DNA of 63,993 bases, filler included, from Octopus bimaculoides (GCF_001194135.2; 6 parts of 5 records of this genome joined end to end with filler, not necessarily neighbours in it); one strand, 5' to 3'; shown: positions 13,031 through 24,310, numbered from the whole stretch's first letter. Numbers and translations: made by a program. Notes: generated by a model not told the origin, from the letters alone.

Positions 13031-13514
13031 GATAATGAACTTTGAGTAACCATTAACTTAATTTAATTTAATTTAGTTTAAGGTATGGATGACTTAAGTT
13101 TACTTTTAACCTCCCCATTCTTATAAGCACCAAGTAAATAACTAACTCGCTTTGTGATCATGAGTGCACCAAACCTCGCGTGTGTGTACGCTCAGCTCAC
13201 ATTTTTGCGGATGCTTGTATGAGCGAATGTACTCGTGCCATGCAGCTCGCCCGAGAGCGTTTATACATCCATATCTGTTAACGGTTCTTTTCAATACTTT
13301 TCTCGTTGGATTGCGTGCTCGTTTCTCTTTTTGCCATCTGTGATTTTATTTTTGATCTTCTATATAAATGAAGATATTTCCTCCGTCTGGCTGCTTTTCT
13401 CTCTACAAAACGGAAAGTTACATTGCGGAATTGTCATTTTAACGAGTTGTGTTTATTTATCACCCGACGAGATACATCTGCACCACTGGATGCTCTTGGG
13501 TTAGTTGTTGAGTG

Positions 13515-13565
13515 TCCCACCCATGAGGAATCGATGCTCGATGTGTCGAAACAATTGTCGGGATT
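13515..13565 (+). ncRNA. Degenerate minimal type I hammerhead ribozyme at the PLE 3' end
   Basis: CCCAUGA (for CUGAUGA), ATCGA/TCGAT stem II, GAAAC-AAUU-GUC palindromic helix III, UCCC/GGGA helix I; located 3' of the PLE ORF where HHRs are known to occur. Confidence 0.5.
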
Positions 13566-14400
13566 AATAATAAATTCTCGTTTATTCCATCTTCTGTCTT
13601 TCATTTCTTATTTNNNNNNNNNNNNNNNNNNNNNNNNNNNNNNNNNNNNNNNNNNNNNNNNNNNNNNNNNNNNNNNNNNNNNNNNNNNNNNNNNNNNNNN
13701 NNNNNNNNNNNNNNNNNNNNNNNNNNNNNNNNNNNNNNNNNNNNNNNNNNNNNNNNNNNNNNNNNNNNNNNNNNNNNNNNNNNNNNNNNNNNNNNNNNNN
13801 NNNNNNNNNNNNNNNNNNNNNNNNNNNNNNNNNNNNNNNNNNNNNNNNNNNNNNNNNNNNNNNNNNNNNNNNNNNNNNNNNNNNNNNNNNNNNNNNNNNN
13901 NNNNNNNNNNNNNNNNNNNNNNNNNNNNNNNNNNNNNNNNNNNNNNNNNNNNNNNNNNNNNNNNNNNNNNNNNNNNNNNNNNNNNNNNNNNNNNNNNNNN
14001 NNNNNNNNNNNNNNNNNNNNNNNNNNNNNNNNNNNNNNNNNNNNNNACGGAACGGAGTATGGAAAATCCGGTCTACATAAGTTTCATAACGAGAGAGACC
14101 TCAGAAGTGGTAAAATCCTAGTGAGGTGTAAACCGCCGGCTACTATTCAGGCCAAAGATATACTGATTAGATTAAAGGCTTCATTGTCGCAAGGAGATAC
14201 GTTGACGCAAATGTTCAATCAGAATCATACACACACACACACACACACACACATACACACACACATACACACACACATACGCGCACGCACATACACACAC
14301 ACACACACACATACGCGCACGCACACACACACATACACACACGCACGCACGCACACACACACACGCACACATACACACACACACACACACACACAAACAA

Positions 14401-14555
14401 ACAAGGGGTGTTGAAAAGTTCCTGGTTTTAAGGGTGTTGGGAAAGGCCTGACTGGAGGCCCAAACACCCGAGTTCATTTGCAGGGCTTAGAAAGACTGAA
14501 GGACCCGTGTAATAAGTGTTTAAATCTGCGAGGGGAATATATTAAATAAAATCAT
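14401..14555 (+). mobile_element. Mariner deletion derivative: 5' TIR fused to transposase C-terminus
   Basis: acaaggggtgttgaaaagttcc resembles a mariner TIR; [22 protein letters not shown] matches the mariner C-terminal GI..L..RW.KC...G.Y pattern. Confidence 0.75.
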
Positions 14556-14818
14556 ATATATGTATGTGTGTGTGTGCATGTGTGTGTGTGTGTATGTATG
14601 TACGTACGTATGTATGTATGTATATATATTAATACATATGAATATATATATATATATATATAATGCGAGAGAGTTAGGTGTTGAGGATTCAACCCACTAA
14701 GGGATAGTATCTATCCAATATACTGCTGGGAGGGTACCCAATTATTGCTACACTAGTGTTATACCAAGTGCAATAAATGGGAGCGGGTAAAAAGAGGTTT
14801 TTTTTTACCCCAAATTTG

Positions 14819-14905
14819 TATATCAATTAGAAAATGGAGGATAATATGCTGAACCCAACAAGTAGTTGGGTTCAGCATATTATCCTCCATTTTCTAATTG
14901 ATATA
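14819..14905. repeat. Perfect 41-bp inverted repeat with 5-nt loop
   Basis: tatatcaattagaaaatggaggataatatgctgaacccaac / aagta / exact reverse complement, checked base by base. Confidence 0.97.
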
Positions 14906-15096
14906 TATATATNNNNNNNNNNNNNNNNNNNNNNNNNNNNNNNNNNNNNNNNNNNNNNNNNNNNNNNNNNNNNNNNNNNNNNNNNNNNNNNNNNNNNNTA
15001 TCTATATATGTACATATATATTCAAACGTATACACATACACACACCTTGGGTGAACAACAACTGCAATAGTATCACCAGACAAGATACCTGATTCT

Positions 15097-15302
15097 TTTC
15101 TACTCTAGGCATAAGGCCCGAAGTTTTGGGGGAGGGGGTCAGTCGATTAGATCGGTACGCAACTGGTACTTAATTTATCGACCCCGAAAGGATGAAAGGC
15201 AAAGTTGACCTCGGTGGAATTTGAACTCAGACCGTAAAGACAGACGAAATACCGCTGAGCATTTCACCCGGCGTGCTAACGTTTCTGCCAGCTCGACGCC
15301 TT
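15097..15302 (-). mobile_element. SINE family A with 17-bp target-site duplication
   Basis: Flanked by acaagatacctgattct (15080-15096) and acaagatacccgattct (15303-15319). Confidence 0.93.
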
Positions 15303-16376
15303 ACAAGATACCCGATTCTACCTCAGATCAGCGTCGTCTTGTCTTCTAGGATTACTATTTTGCCATTCTATCTTGACAGTGCTTCTGATCGATTACACTT
15401 TGCATGTTAGTGTCAGTGCGTTCAACAGTTTTATCAACGCTAATTAAGGTAGCACATACCCAGAATAGAAATCAGGTGTGTTTAATATTTTGCAGTCTCT
15501 ACTTATCCGGAGCTGATTTACTATTCGGTGTACCGTGTTGCGTTCGTCACCACTTAATTACATAATATGAACAATAATTACATATAACATTTACCTGGAT
15601 AGTAACGGAAAGATATAGGGTTTAATTGCCACGAATTTCGTATTATGTTCCGCTCCTCTGCTATCCGCTTTGGTTACAACATTAATACGATACATCCATG
15701 TGAATGAAATAGAAGTGAGCATCATGTATGAAAACACGATAGAAGTGACAATAATGACAACAAAAACTAAAACGATTGTAATAAATATAAAAAAAAATAT
15801 GTAAGGAAATAATTAGAAGCACGTGGCTGCTGAAAACTTTAGATATATGATGAACGGAAAACATAATTAAAAGATTAAACTACACTATAAGGTTTTCGAG
15901 ATGGCATGTCCTAAGTGCATATGAAAATCGAGAACTGAAGTCTTACACCTCACATCTATTTGCACCTGATGTCTCCAATTGCATGCATTTAGATATGCTC
16001 TTCTACATATACGTACATGTGCGTTACTCTAACATGGCTACACATGTATGTGTATGTGCGAGCGCGTGTATTTGTACGTGTGTGTGTGTGTGTGTGTGTG
16101 TGCGTGCGACCTTGTGTGCACTGATGCGAGCAGAAGTGCATTTCCATGTGTACCTCTTTGGATATGCAAATACTTCGCGAGAGACAGGTGCATGTGCATA
16201 TACATACAAGCGCATACACGCAATGACACACACAACCCACAAACATATATACATTGACATAAACACATACAGCACATACATTCATACATAACTACACACA
16301 CACACACAGACATGCATACATACACACAAACAAACATACACACATTATATGTATCTGTGCGGGCGAGTGCGTGCGT

Positions 16377-16461
<85 letters not shown>

Positions 16462-16809
16462 GTGCGTGTGCTTGTGTGTCTGGTGCATGTTTGTGTGTGT
16501 GTTTGAAGAGATGTAATAAGAAGCATGTTTAATCTAGACAAAATACAAGATCCCACCATTTTCTCTTTGTAACTGATTCACTTCGAGATGCCAATGACAA
16601 ATCTGAATTTGGAATTTTTAAATTAATCTCAGACCAACAATGAATACTGCTATAGATTATGACATAATTCGTATATAACATTAGCGTTTATAAAAGTAAT
16701 TGGTTATTATTACTAGTCTGTATGATAAGAATATAGTAGTATAGTTTGAATAGACTACTGCCTCACAAAAACTGTTCTCATGCATGCTTCGTCAATAGAC
16801 ATTATTGTA

Positions 16810-17018
16810 AGGCGTTGAGCTGGCAGAAACGTTAGCGTGCCGGGTAAAAGCCTTCGCGGCATTTCGTCCATCCTTACGTTCTGAGCTCAAATTCCGCCGA
16901 GGCCGACTTTGGCTTTCATCCTTTCGGGATCGATAAGATAAGTACCAGTTGAACGCTGGAGTCGGTGTAATAAACTTCCTCCTCAGTCGAAATTGCTGGT
17001 CTTGTGCCAGAATTTGAA
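16810..17018 (+). mobile_element. SINE family A
   Basis: gagctggcagaaacgttagc...gagctcaaattccgccgagg...aagtaccagtt. Confidence 0.9.
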
Positions 17019-17030
17019 AACGATACATAC

Positions 17031-17089
<59 letters not shown>

Positions 17090-17372
17090 CTTCTCACGGA
17101 CGTGCTGTCACATCGGCTGCGAAGGTAAACGTTTATTTGACCATTTACTGTCCACATTTTGTTGGGATTTTTAAATAATTTTGTTGCGAAGCACCTAGGC
17201 TTCATTTGTGTGTATTTTCAAGGGCAGGAATTGACCCCCAGGGGCAGTTTCGGCCCTAGCAAAATACAAAAATTTCCTTCTTGACATTTGAAAAATGTCG
17301 AGAAACATAATTTTGGAACGCTTGTCTTNNNNNNNNNNNNNNNNNNNNNNNNNNNNNNNNNNNNNNNNNNNN

Positions 17373-17384
17373 TTAATTAATTAA
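17373..17384. other. Assembly linker TTAATTAATTAA inside an N-gap (also at ~26837, ~49912, ~60839, ~62928)
   Basis: Identical 12-mer centred in N runs five times; it encodes stops in all six frames. Confidence 0.95.
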
Positions 17385-17428
17385 NNNNNNNNNNNNNNNN
17401 NNNNNNNNNNNNNNNNNNNNNNNNNNNN

Positions 17429-17860
17429 ATTAGTATAATTATACCTAAAATATCCAACAATTTAAGGAGATAGACAAATAACATGGTGTCTTAACTTCAG
17501 CATACTAAATTATCAAGAAGACTCTGCCTGTCACTGATTTTATATTTTTTATGGGGTCAGTTTTAATTTATAGACTAGTTTATGAAATCCTTGTATATCG
17601 AAGGCTGAGAGAATAAAGGGCAGTATCTGTTAGGGGTTGGGCTGTGGGAGCAGAGAGAAATCATAGTTGGTATAGTCTATACCAACTGTAGGATTTCATA
17701 AACTAGTCTATAAATTAAAACTGACCCCATAAAAACAAATAAAATCAGTGACAGACAGAATCTTCTTGATAATTTAGTAACTTCTATGCTGAAGTGAAGA
17801 CAGCATGTTCTTTGTCTATCTCCTTTACTTCTTGGAGATTTTAGGTATAATTATACTAAT
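17429..17860. mobile_element. Fold-back/MITE-like element with ~170-bp imperfect inverted arms
   Basis: Left arm attagtataattatacctaaaa...tttatgaaatcct pairs with right arm aggatttcataaa...ttttaggtataattatactaat; left end abuts a gap. Confidence 0.85.
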
Positions 17861-19194
17861 GTGTCAATCTGTTTTAATTTAATTAAATTCTCTGTCTTTG
17901 CGCAGTTGAAGATTGCTCTGCATTTTAAATTGATGTAATAATTGCATTGTTCAATTAAATGGAGTTGCATGAAACAATCGTACTGCATTACCTCTGGATA
18001 TCCCTGTTGCTTATTTTGATTTTAATCATCTTACTTTGAAATTGTATGGATAATACCGTACTAAATTCTAGTGCCTCAACTTAAGTACCATATTCATTTG
18101 AATCTATGTGTTTGTGTGTGTGTGTGTGTGTGTGTATGTGTGTGTGTGTGTGTGTGTGTGTATGAGAGAGAGAGAATAAAACGGAATTCACGAGATCGTT
18201 TGGACCCATCATGCACCGGTATCTTGTGGGTGAGATGCTGTAGCAATAGACGTGGTGCATCGTGTGTGCTTCTGTGTCTCTTCGGGTGACATTTCAAAAA
18301 GTATCGTTTTTTATTGGCCGTTCCGCTTATTTCTTCAGCAACCCGTTTTACTAATTCTAGCGTAGTACGCGTCTCCATAAGGAACTAAGATGTATATGTA
18401 TGTGCGTTTGTATGGTTGTGTGCATAAAGACCACACATTGCATCATCAATGGCTTTGCTCGTATACGAGAAAGCAGCTACTATATGTACGCTATCTAAAT
18501 TATTTATGACCGATATATGTTTCGATAAATGCATTAAAATAAATCGGAGAGGATGAATTATGTGGAACAATGCATCAATCTCGCCAGCGAGGATATAAAC
18601 AGTGTTCATCAACAAATCATTTTAACAGATCTAAGAAACTACAATATATATGCATATATATATATATATATATATACATATATATATACACTTGCACACA
18701 CACACTACACACATATATATATATATATATACACACATACACATATATACAAACACACGTGCATACATATACACACACATATATACATTCATATATACAT
18801 ACATATACACACACATATAGATATGGGGGAAAAGTTGGATAGGAAACGCTAGTAATTTTTAAAATATCGTTACGAAATTTGACATGATAGGAGGAGAGGA
18901 GGAGAGAAGGAAAAGAGGAAAAGACAAAGAGAATTAAGGAGAACTGGAGGTATAAACAAATAGAGAGTAGTTCTAATCATGTTCATCTTTTAATAATATA
19001 ATTTTAGTTTCAAGAGAACTTAAAAAAAAAACTTTAAAAAAGAACTTACTAGATCTACAAACCAAACTGCAAAATTATATTGTTAAAAAATTGGATTACA
19101 ACTACCAGTGAAGTCATTCTTTTCCTTTTTCAAATTTACCTAACTGCACCAAGGATTTCACACATATATATAATCCTTTTTTCTTTTATTCTTT

Positions 19195-19345
19195 TATTTG
19201 TTTCAGTGATTTGAGTTCGGCCATGCTGGAGTCCTGCGTTTAGTCGAACAAATCGACCCAAGGACTTATTCTTTGTATGCCTAGTACTTATTTCATCGTT
19301 CTTTTTTCCCAACATCAGTTGTCAAGCAATAGGGGGAACAAACAC
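19195..19345 (-). mobile_element. SINE family B 3' tail fragment
   Basis: tgtttcagtgatttg..ggccatgctggag..tttagtcgaacaaatcgacc; also seen at 26600-26790 and 55328-55427. Confidence 0.8.
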
Positions 19346-20634
19346 TGACACACAGACATATGCGTTTATATACATATACATAGATACACATATACATATA
19401 TATTCATATATATATATATATATATATATANNNNNNNNNNNNNNNNNNNNNNNNNNNNNNNNNNNNNNNNNNNNNNNNNNNNNNNNNNNNNNNNNNNNNN
19501 NNNNNNNNNNNNNNNNNNNNNNNNNNNNNNNNNNNNNNNNNNNNNNNNNNNNNNNNNNNNNNNNNNNNNNNNNNNNNNNNNNNNNNNNNNNNNNNNNNNN
19601 NNNNNNNNNNNNNNNNNNNNNNNNNNNNNNNNNNNNNNNNNNNNNNNNNNNNNNNNNNNNNNNNNNNNNNNNNNNNNNNNNNNNNNNNNNNNNNNNNNNN
19701 NNNNNNNNNNNNNNNNNNNNNNNNNNNNNNNNNNNNNNNNNNTGTAACGCATGAAAATAAACAATTAAAACCAGCGAAGTTCTTCAAATGTTCTAGAGGT
19801 ACGTGTATAATTATTTAAGATGTCAAAAAGTTGACCCATATGACACATGCATAAGGAAAGTAATTTTTTTATTTATAAATTTAGGATTAAAATAAATAAA
19901 TAGCAAGATAAAAGGATGAATGAAGCAAAAGATACTGAAGCAAAATAAAATAGATATGATGGCAGGTATTTAATTTATAGGTAGATTATTAGGCTAAGTG
20001 AAATAGATGCTTAAAAACAAATTTGATTTGATATTAGTAATACTAGACGGTAGGAAGAGCTGTGGAGTGCAGATTAACCAAAGACACCGACTACCAGACC
20101 AGGCAAAAGGCTGTAATGGGTTGCAGCTTATCAGTAGCGCTCAAGAGCAACCTGACAGATATATATATATATATATATATAATAGAAATATGTTCCAAAA
20201 AGAAAATAGAAACTACACGTGGAAAAGATATGGGGAAAGTAAGAAGAAAAAAGCGAAAATGCACATTGGATATCAAAAAATAAAGGCCTTTTTTATGAAA
20301 AGTAACGAAAAATATATACAATTAGATGAACTGAGGTAGAATTAAGAGGAATAAAAGAGGAAATGTTAAAGGGATTCAAAGTCATACCGGTATCGTCAAA
20401 CGCTGTTCATGTGAGCAAGAGAGGAGGAGTGAGGGAAAGAGAGTTATAGAATAATAGGATAGAATAGTGGGAGAAGAGGAGGTAAAAGAAAAAGAGAGAG
20501 AAAAAGAGTGAAAAACGAAAGAGTACAAAGATCGTAAGAGTGCACACACACACACACACACACACACACANNNNNNNNNNNNNNNNNNNNNNNNNNNNNN
20601 NNNNNNNNNNAAAATATGTGATAATTATTCGGTA

Positions 20635-20704
20635 GCCATGATAAAACTCCGAGTTTCGGATGCCGGGGCGGAAACCCACGCCGCTATCTCTTCAGTTACA
20701 TGGC
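20635..20704 (-). ncRNA. Type I hammerhead ribozyme with canonical core
   Basis: GCCAUG-UAA / CUGAAGA / GAU(A)GC-GGCG..CGCC..GC-AUC(C) / GAAAC-UCGGA-GUU / UUA(U)CAUGGC; all core positions canonical and three helices can be drawn. Confidence 0.8.
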
Positions 20705-20899
20705 CATTGAAAATTGCTATGGTCATTTTCATAGCAATTTTCAATGGCCAGATAACTGAAGAAATGGCGACGTGTGGTAAGAACTAGATTCTACATTTTT
20801 ATTCTATGTATCATCATTGACCAGTAAATAAAATATTTTTTTATGTAGTCCAAATATAGATCTTAAATTTAATCTTTCTTGTAATAACATACAGGCAGC

Positions 20900-21300
20900 C
20901 ACTGCAATACCTTGTACTGACTATATATCCCACTACAATGTTGTGCTTCCTAAGATTATGGGGGACTACAGATTGAATATTTATATTTATATTTTTGTTT
21001 TCATCTACAATGCAACTAGAACAAAGTAAGAACAAAACTTACCAACCGTGTGAATGTGCACAAACAACAAATTAAAGACGCATTTCTTAGCAGATGTTTA
21101 CTACATTTCTAGATGTTTACTACATGGAAGTGTAGTAAACATCTAGACATTTGTGCAAATGCAAAATTTAAAACCCTCTGTTTTTACAAAATAAAAGATG
21201 GAAATGACCAACTACGAAAGGCAAAAGAAACTAAATCAACACAATTGGTAAAAACTTCTATACGGATTAGCTCAGAACATGTGTTTGAAAAGTTGAACAA
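20900..21300 (+). mobile_element. Highly decayed PLE GIY-YIG C-terminal remnant
   Basis: KLTNRVNVHKQQIKD and CSKHLDICANAKFKTLCFYKI..LRKAKE resemble the R...H..QI and S.H...C...FKI..F.K...R..KE motifs of Penelope/Poseidon endonucleases. Confidence 0.55.
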
Positions 21301-22099
21301 CGAAAGTGCTTACACACAAAATACACTCTACGAAAACTTGCCCACTGATCAGTGACATTCTGTTTTTTAAATAACTTTTTAAATAGTTAATAACTCCATA
21401 ACTCCTAAAAAAAATCTCTTATGTATATATATTCCATTAGATGTGTTAACCTCATGAATGGATGGCTTCATCCAAGTAAATATTTTTAGGGAATTAATTT
21501 CCTTAAAATAAGAGGTATATATATAAAAACATATAGTTTATAATCATATAAAAGATGAAAAAGAAAATGGAGATTGGGAAGTTAATAATTGTTTATTATT
21601 TACAACAAATTAATCACCTTCACTTACAGCTGTTTCAATTAACCCTCAGTAACAATTAAGTAAATATTAAATTTATATTTATTTTGACCTCTGCAGAGGG
21701 AAAAAAATATACCCTTCGATGTTTAGTCTGCTATAATGAATCCATAATCACATATAGCACATCCAAAGGTATGTTTTTCCCTCTGAAGATATTATGGTGA
21801 GGTCATACAAATATAAATTTAATATTGACTTAATATCTACTGAGTATGAATTGCAACAACTACCGGACTACTGACCGTACAGAAAGACTGCCTCGTGGAA
21901 GTGAGCACGGAGTCTATACATTAGAGGTTGAAAGCTAGCTAAACTAAAGAGGCAATAAATGACTCGCTTGCCTAGCCACCTTGGTAGTTTCATCTTAAAA
22001 GCTAAATCAATGCGAAGAAATGGGCCTCAGTATCATACAGGCGAATTGGACCGCTCCATAGTGGCAGAGAGAAATTCGAGCGACCAGAAGCTGCTAAGA

Positions 22100-23070
22100 A
22101 CTTCATGTACAAATAGGCCACCAAGGAATTGGATAACAACCTTTGCCGTATGTAGTTGGGAAAAAGAAAATCAAATGTGATGTGCTAGAGCTCTGTGAAA
22201 CATGTCGAAGGAAAGAAATAAATATGAGATGGACAGAGGGAAGTATCGTGAGAATGGAGGAACAAAATCAACAGGACTCATCGTAAGCAAAGTAAGGGCT
22301 TCGAAAATTGTTTCTTGCCAATTACCTTCATCGTGCATTTGAGTGCTAAACATTCGTCTCTCGCTTGGGTAAAGATTATGATCTATAAAATCAGAGACAA
22401 AAAGTCTCGCATAACTCAATATAAAATCAACACATCAAGGCCTTTGATGTGAAATAGTTGCAGCAAGTTATGAAAAAGAAAATTTGGAGTCAACTTGAAG
22501 AGCTCGATGTGCACTACAATTTACTGGTTCAGAAAATTAAAAGCTCCAAATAGAAAGCAAAATCTGCAAGCCTGCGGGAGCCTGGTGAAAGAACCCCGGA
22601 ACGAGACAAAGAAAATGCTATAGAAACGGAAAACGATGAAGAGGCACATGAAAGATCACTTCGAGGATTCCGCGCTCTGCAAAGCCATCAGACAATATCT
22701 AAGAAATGACTTCAAGTATTGTAGACTGAAGAAATCAATGCAGGCTGCAGAGGAAAGGAGAATTTTAAAAAGATGCAGTTGAGGGTTCACATCCTATAGG
22801 TCAGAGAGAAATGACGTCGCTTTAGAATAAAGATGGGTTCACGAAAGACAAATAGGAAATGGAGGAGGTATGCAAAGCCTTCTTCACCAAAGTGTTTAAG
22901 TCACTAGTGAAGCTCGATCCCATGCCACCACAAATGCTGGAAGAAGTGTCACCTATTCTGATTAGGGAAATTGAAAATACCCTCAAACTGATGAAAGCAG
23001 ACAAAGATCCTGGAAAAGATGGCATCACAACAAAGATGTTAAGATGCTGAGTTGAAGAGCTCTGGAAAAT
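22100..23070 (+). mobile_element. Decayed RTE-clade LINE fragment (APE remnant plus RT domain 0)
   Basis: DVLELCETCRRKE.. and GLIVSK..SKIVSC APE-like motifs; SPILIREIENTLKLMKADKDPGKDGITTKML matches the EV..AI..MK..KAPG.D.I pre-RT motif. Confidence 0.75.
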
Positions 23071-23340
23071 GTACGCTTCAATCGCCATCAGAATATAAAT
23101 CACTCCGACCAATATATTCGCTGCGGTAGTATTTTTGGTCTTAATCACATGTGGTTGAGGTGAATAAATTAAATTCACTGATTCGTAAAAAAAAAGGGTG
23201 AGAGAGAAGATATAATTCTTGTCCATACTTGTTAAATCTAATTTATTCACCTCAACCAAATGAGTTTACGACCAAAAGTAATACAGCAGTGGATATATTA
23301 GTCGGAGTTATTTGTATTTATATGTAATTAAGGATAAAAT

Positions 23341-24310
23341 CATTAGTACCCTTATTGGAATTATATTTACTTTATTATATATTTGTATTAATTGTTATCT
23401 ATATGGTTTTAGTATATGCTGGTTACTTGATAAAATTGATTTTATCCTTAATTATATATAAATATAAATTACTCCGATTAATATATTCGCTGCGATAGTA
23501 TTTTTGGTCTTAATCACATGTGGTTGAGGTGAATAAATTAGATTTAGCTCGTATATACGTGTGAATATTTGTATATATGCGTGTGGATACGTGTTGTTCA
23601 TATGGTTTTGTATAAATATTTGCATTTATGTACAATGTGGTACATTATACTGATGACAGCAAAGGGATTTTATATCTCTAAGCTAGAAATCGATCTATAA
23701 TTAACCCTTCAAAAAAAAAAGATCTTCTTTGTTCACTGTCCTCGCTTTCAACCCGTATTAATGAAGTACATGATCTAGTTTTTAGAGCCATTTGGCGTCT
23801 ATATCTAGCATGTGGTGCTATTTATTAGTACCCTTATTATAATTAAATGTATATAATTATATATTTGTATTAATTGTTACCGATATGGTTTTTATTACAT
23901 CCTGGCTACTTGATAAAGTCTTTTAAATGATTTTATTATCCTTAATTATATATAAACATAAATTGCTCCAGCTATTATACCCACCACGGTATTATTTTTG
24001 GTCGTAAACATATGTGGTTGAAGTGAATAGATTAGATGTAACTCGTGTATACGTGTGAATATGTATTCGTATGGGTATGTATAAATATTTGCATTTATGT
24101 AAAATATGGTATATTTTATATCTCGAAGCTAGAAATCGATTTATAATTAACCCTTTTAAAAACAAATCTTCTTTGTTCAGTTTCCTCGCTTTCAACCCGT
24201 GCTAATGGAGTACTTGATGTAGTTTTTAGAGCCATTTGGCGTCTATATCTTGCATGTGGTGCTATTTATTATGTGCCCTTACTATAATTATACTTATATA
24301 ATTATATATT
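23341..24310 (+). repeat. Tandem repeat, ~2.1 copies of a 445-480 bp unit, carrying a hammerhead (candidate non-LTR retrozyme)
   Basis: Anchor attagtaccctt recurs at 23342, 23824 and 24268; gaagctagaaatcgat-like HHR 3' half at 23686 and 24132. Confidence 0.85.
23644..23701 (+). ncRNA. Minimal type I hammerhead ribozyme
   Basis: AUUAUA / CUGAUGA / CAGC-aa-AGGGAU-uuuau-AUCUCU-aa-GCUA / GAAA-U-CG-AUC / UAUAAU; only defect is a C.A mismatch closing helix II. Confidence 0.75.

Noticed and set aside
17373-17384. Recurrent TTAATTAATTAA motif
   Set aside because: Always centred in N runs; it is an assembly linker with six-frame stops.
18280-18350. Minus-strand CUGAAGA...GAAAU-GUC-ACCC hammerhead-like string
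   Set aside because: No credible helix II, and helix I is out of register by 2 nt.
23341-24310. CRISPR-like or prokaryotic array interpretation of the repeats
   Set aside because: No short direct repeats with unique spacers and no cas genes; the context is eukaryotic.
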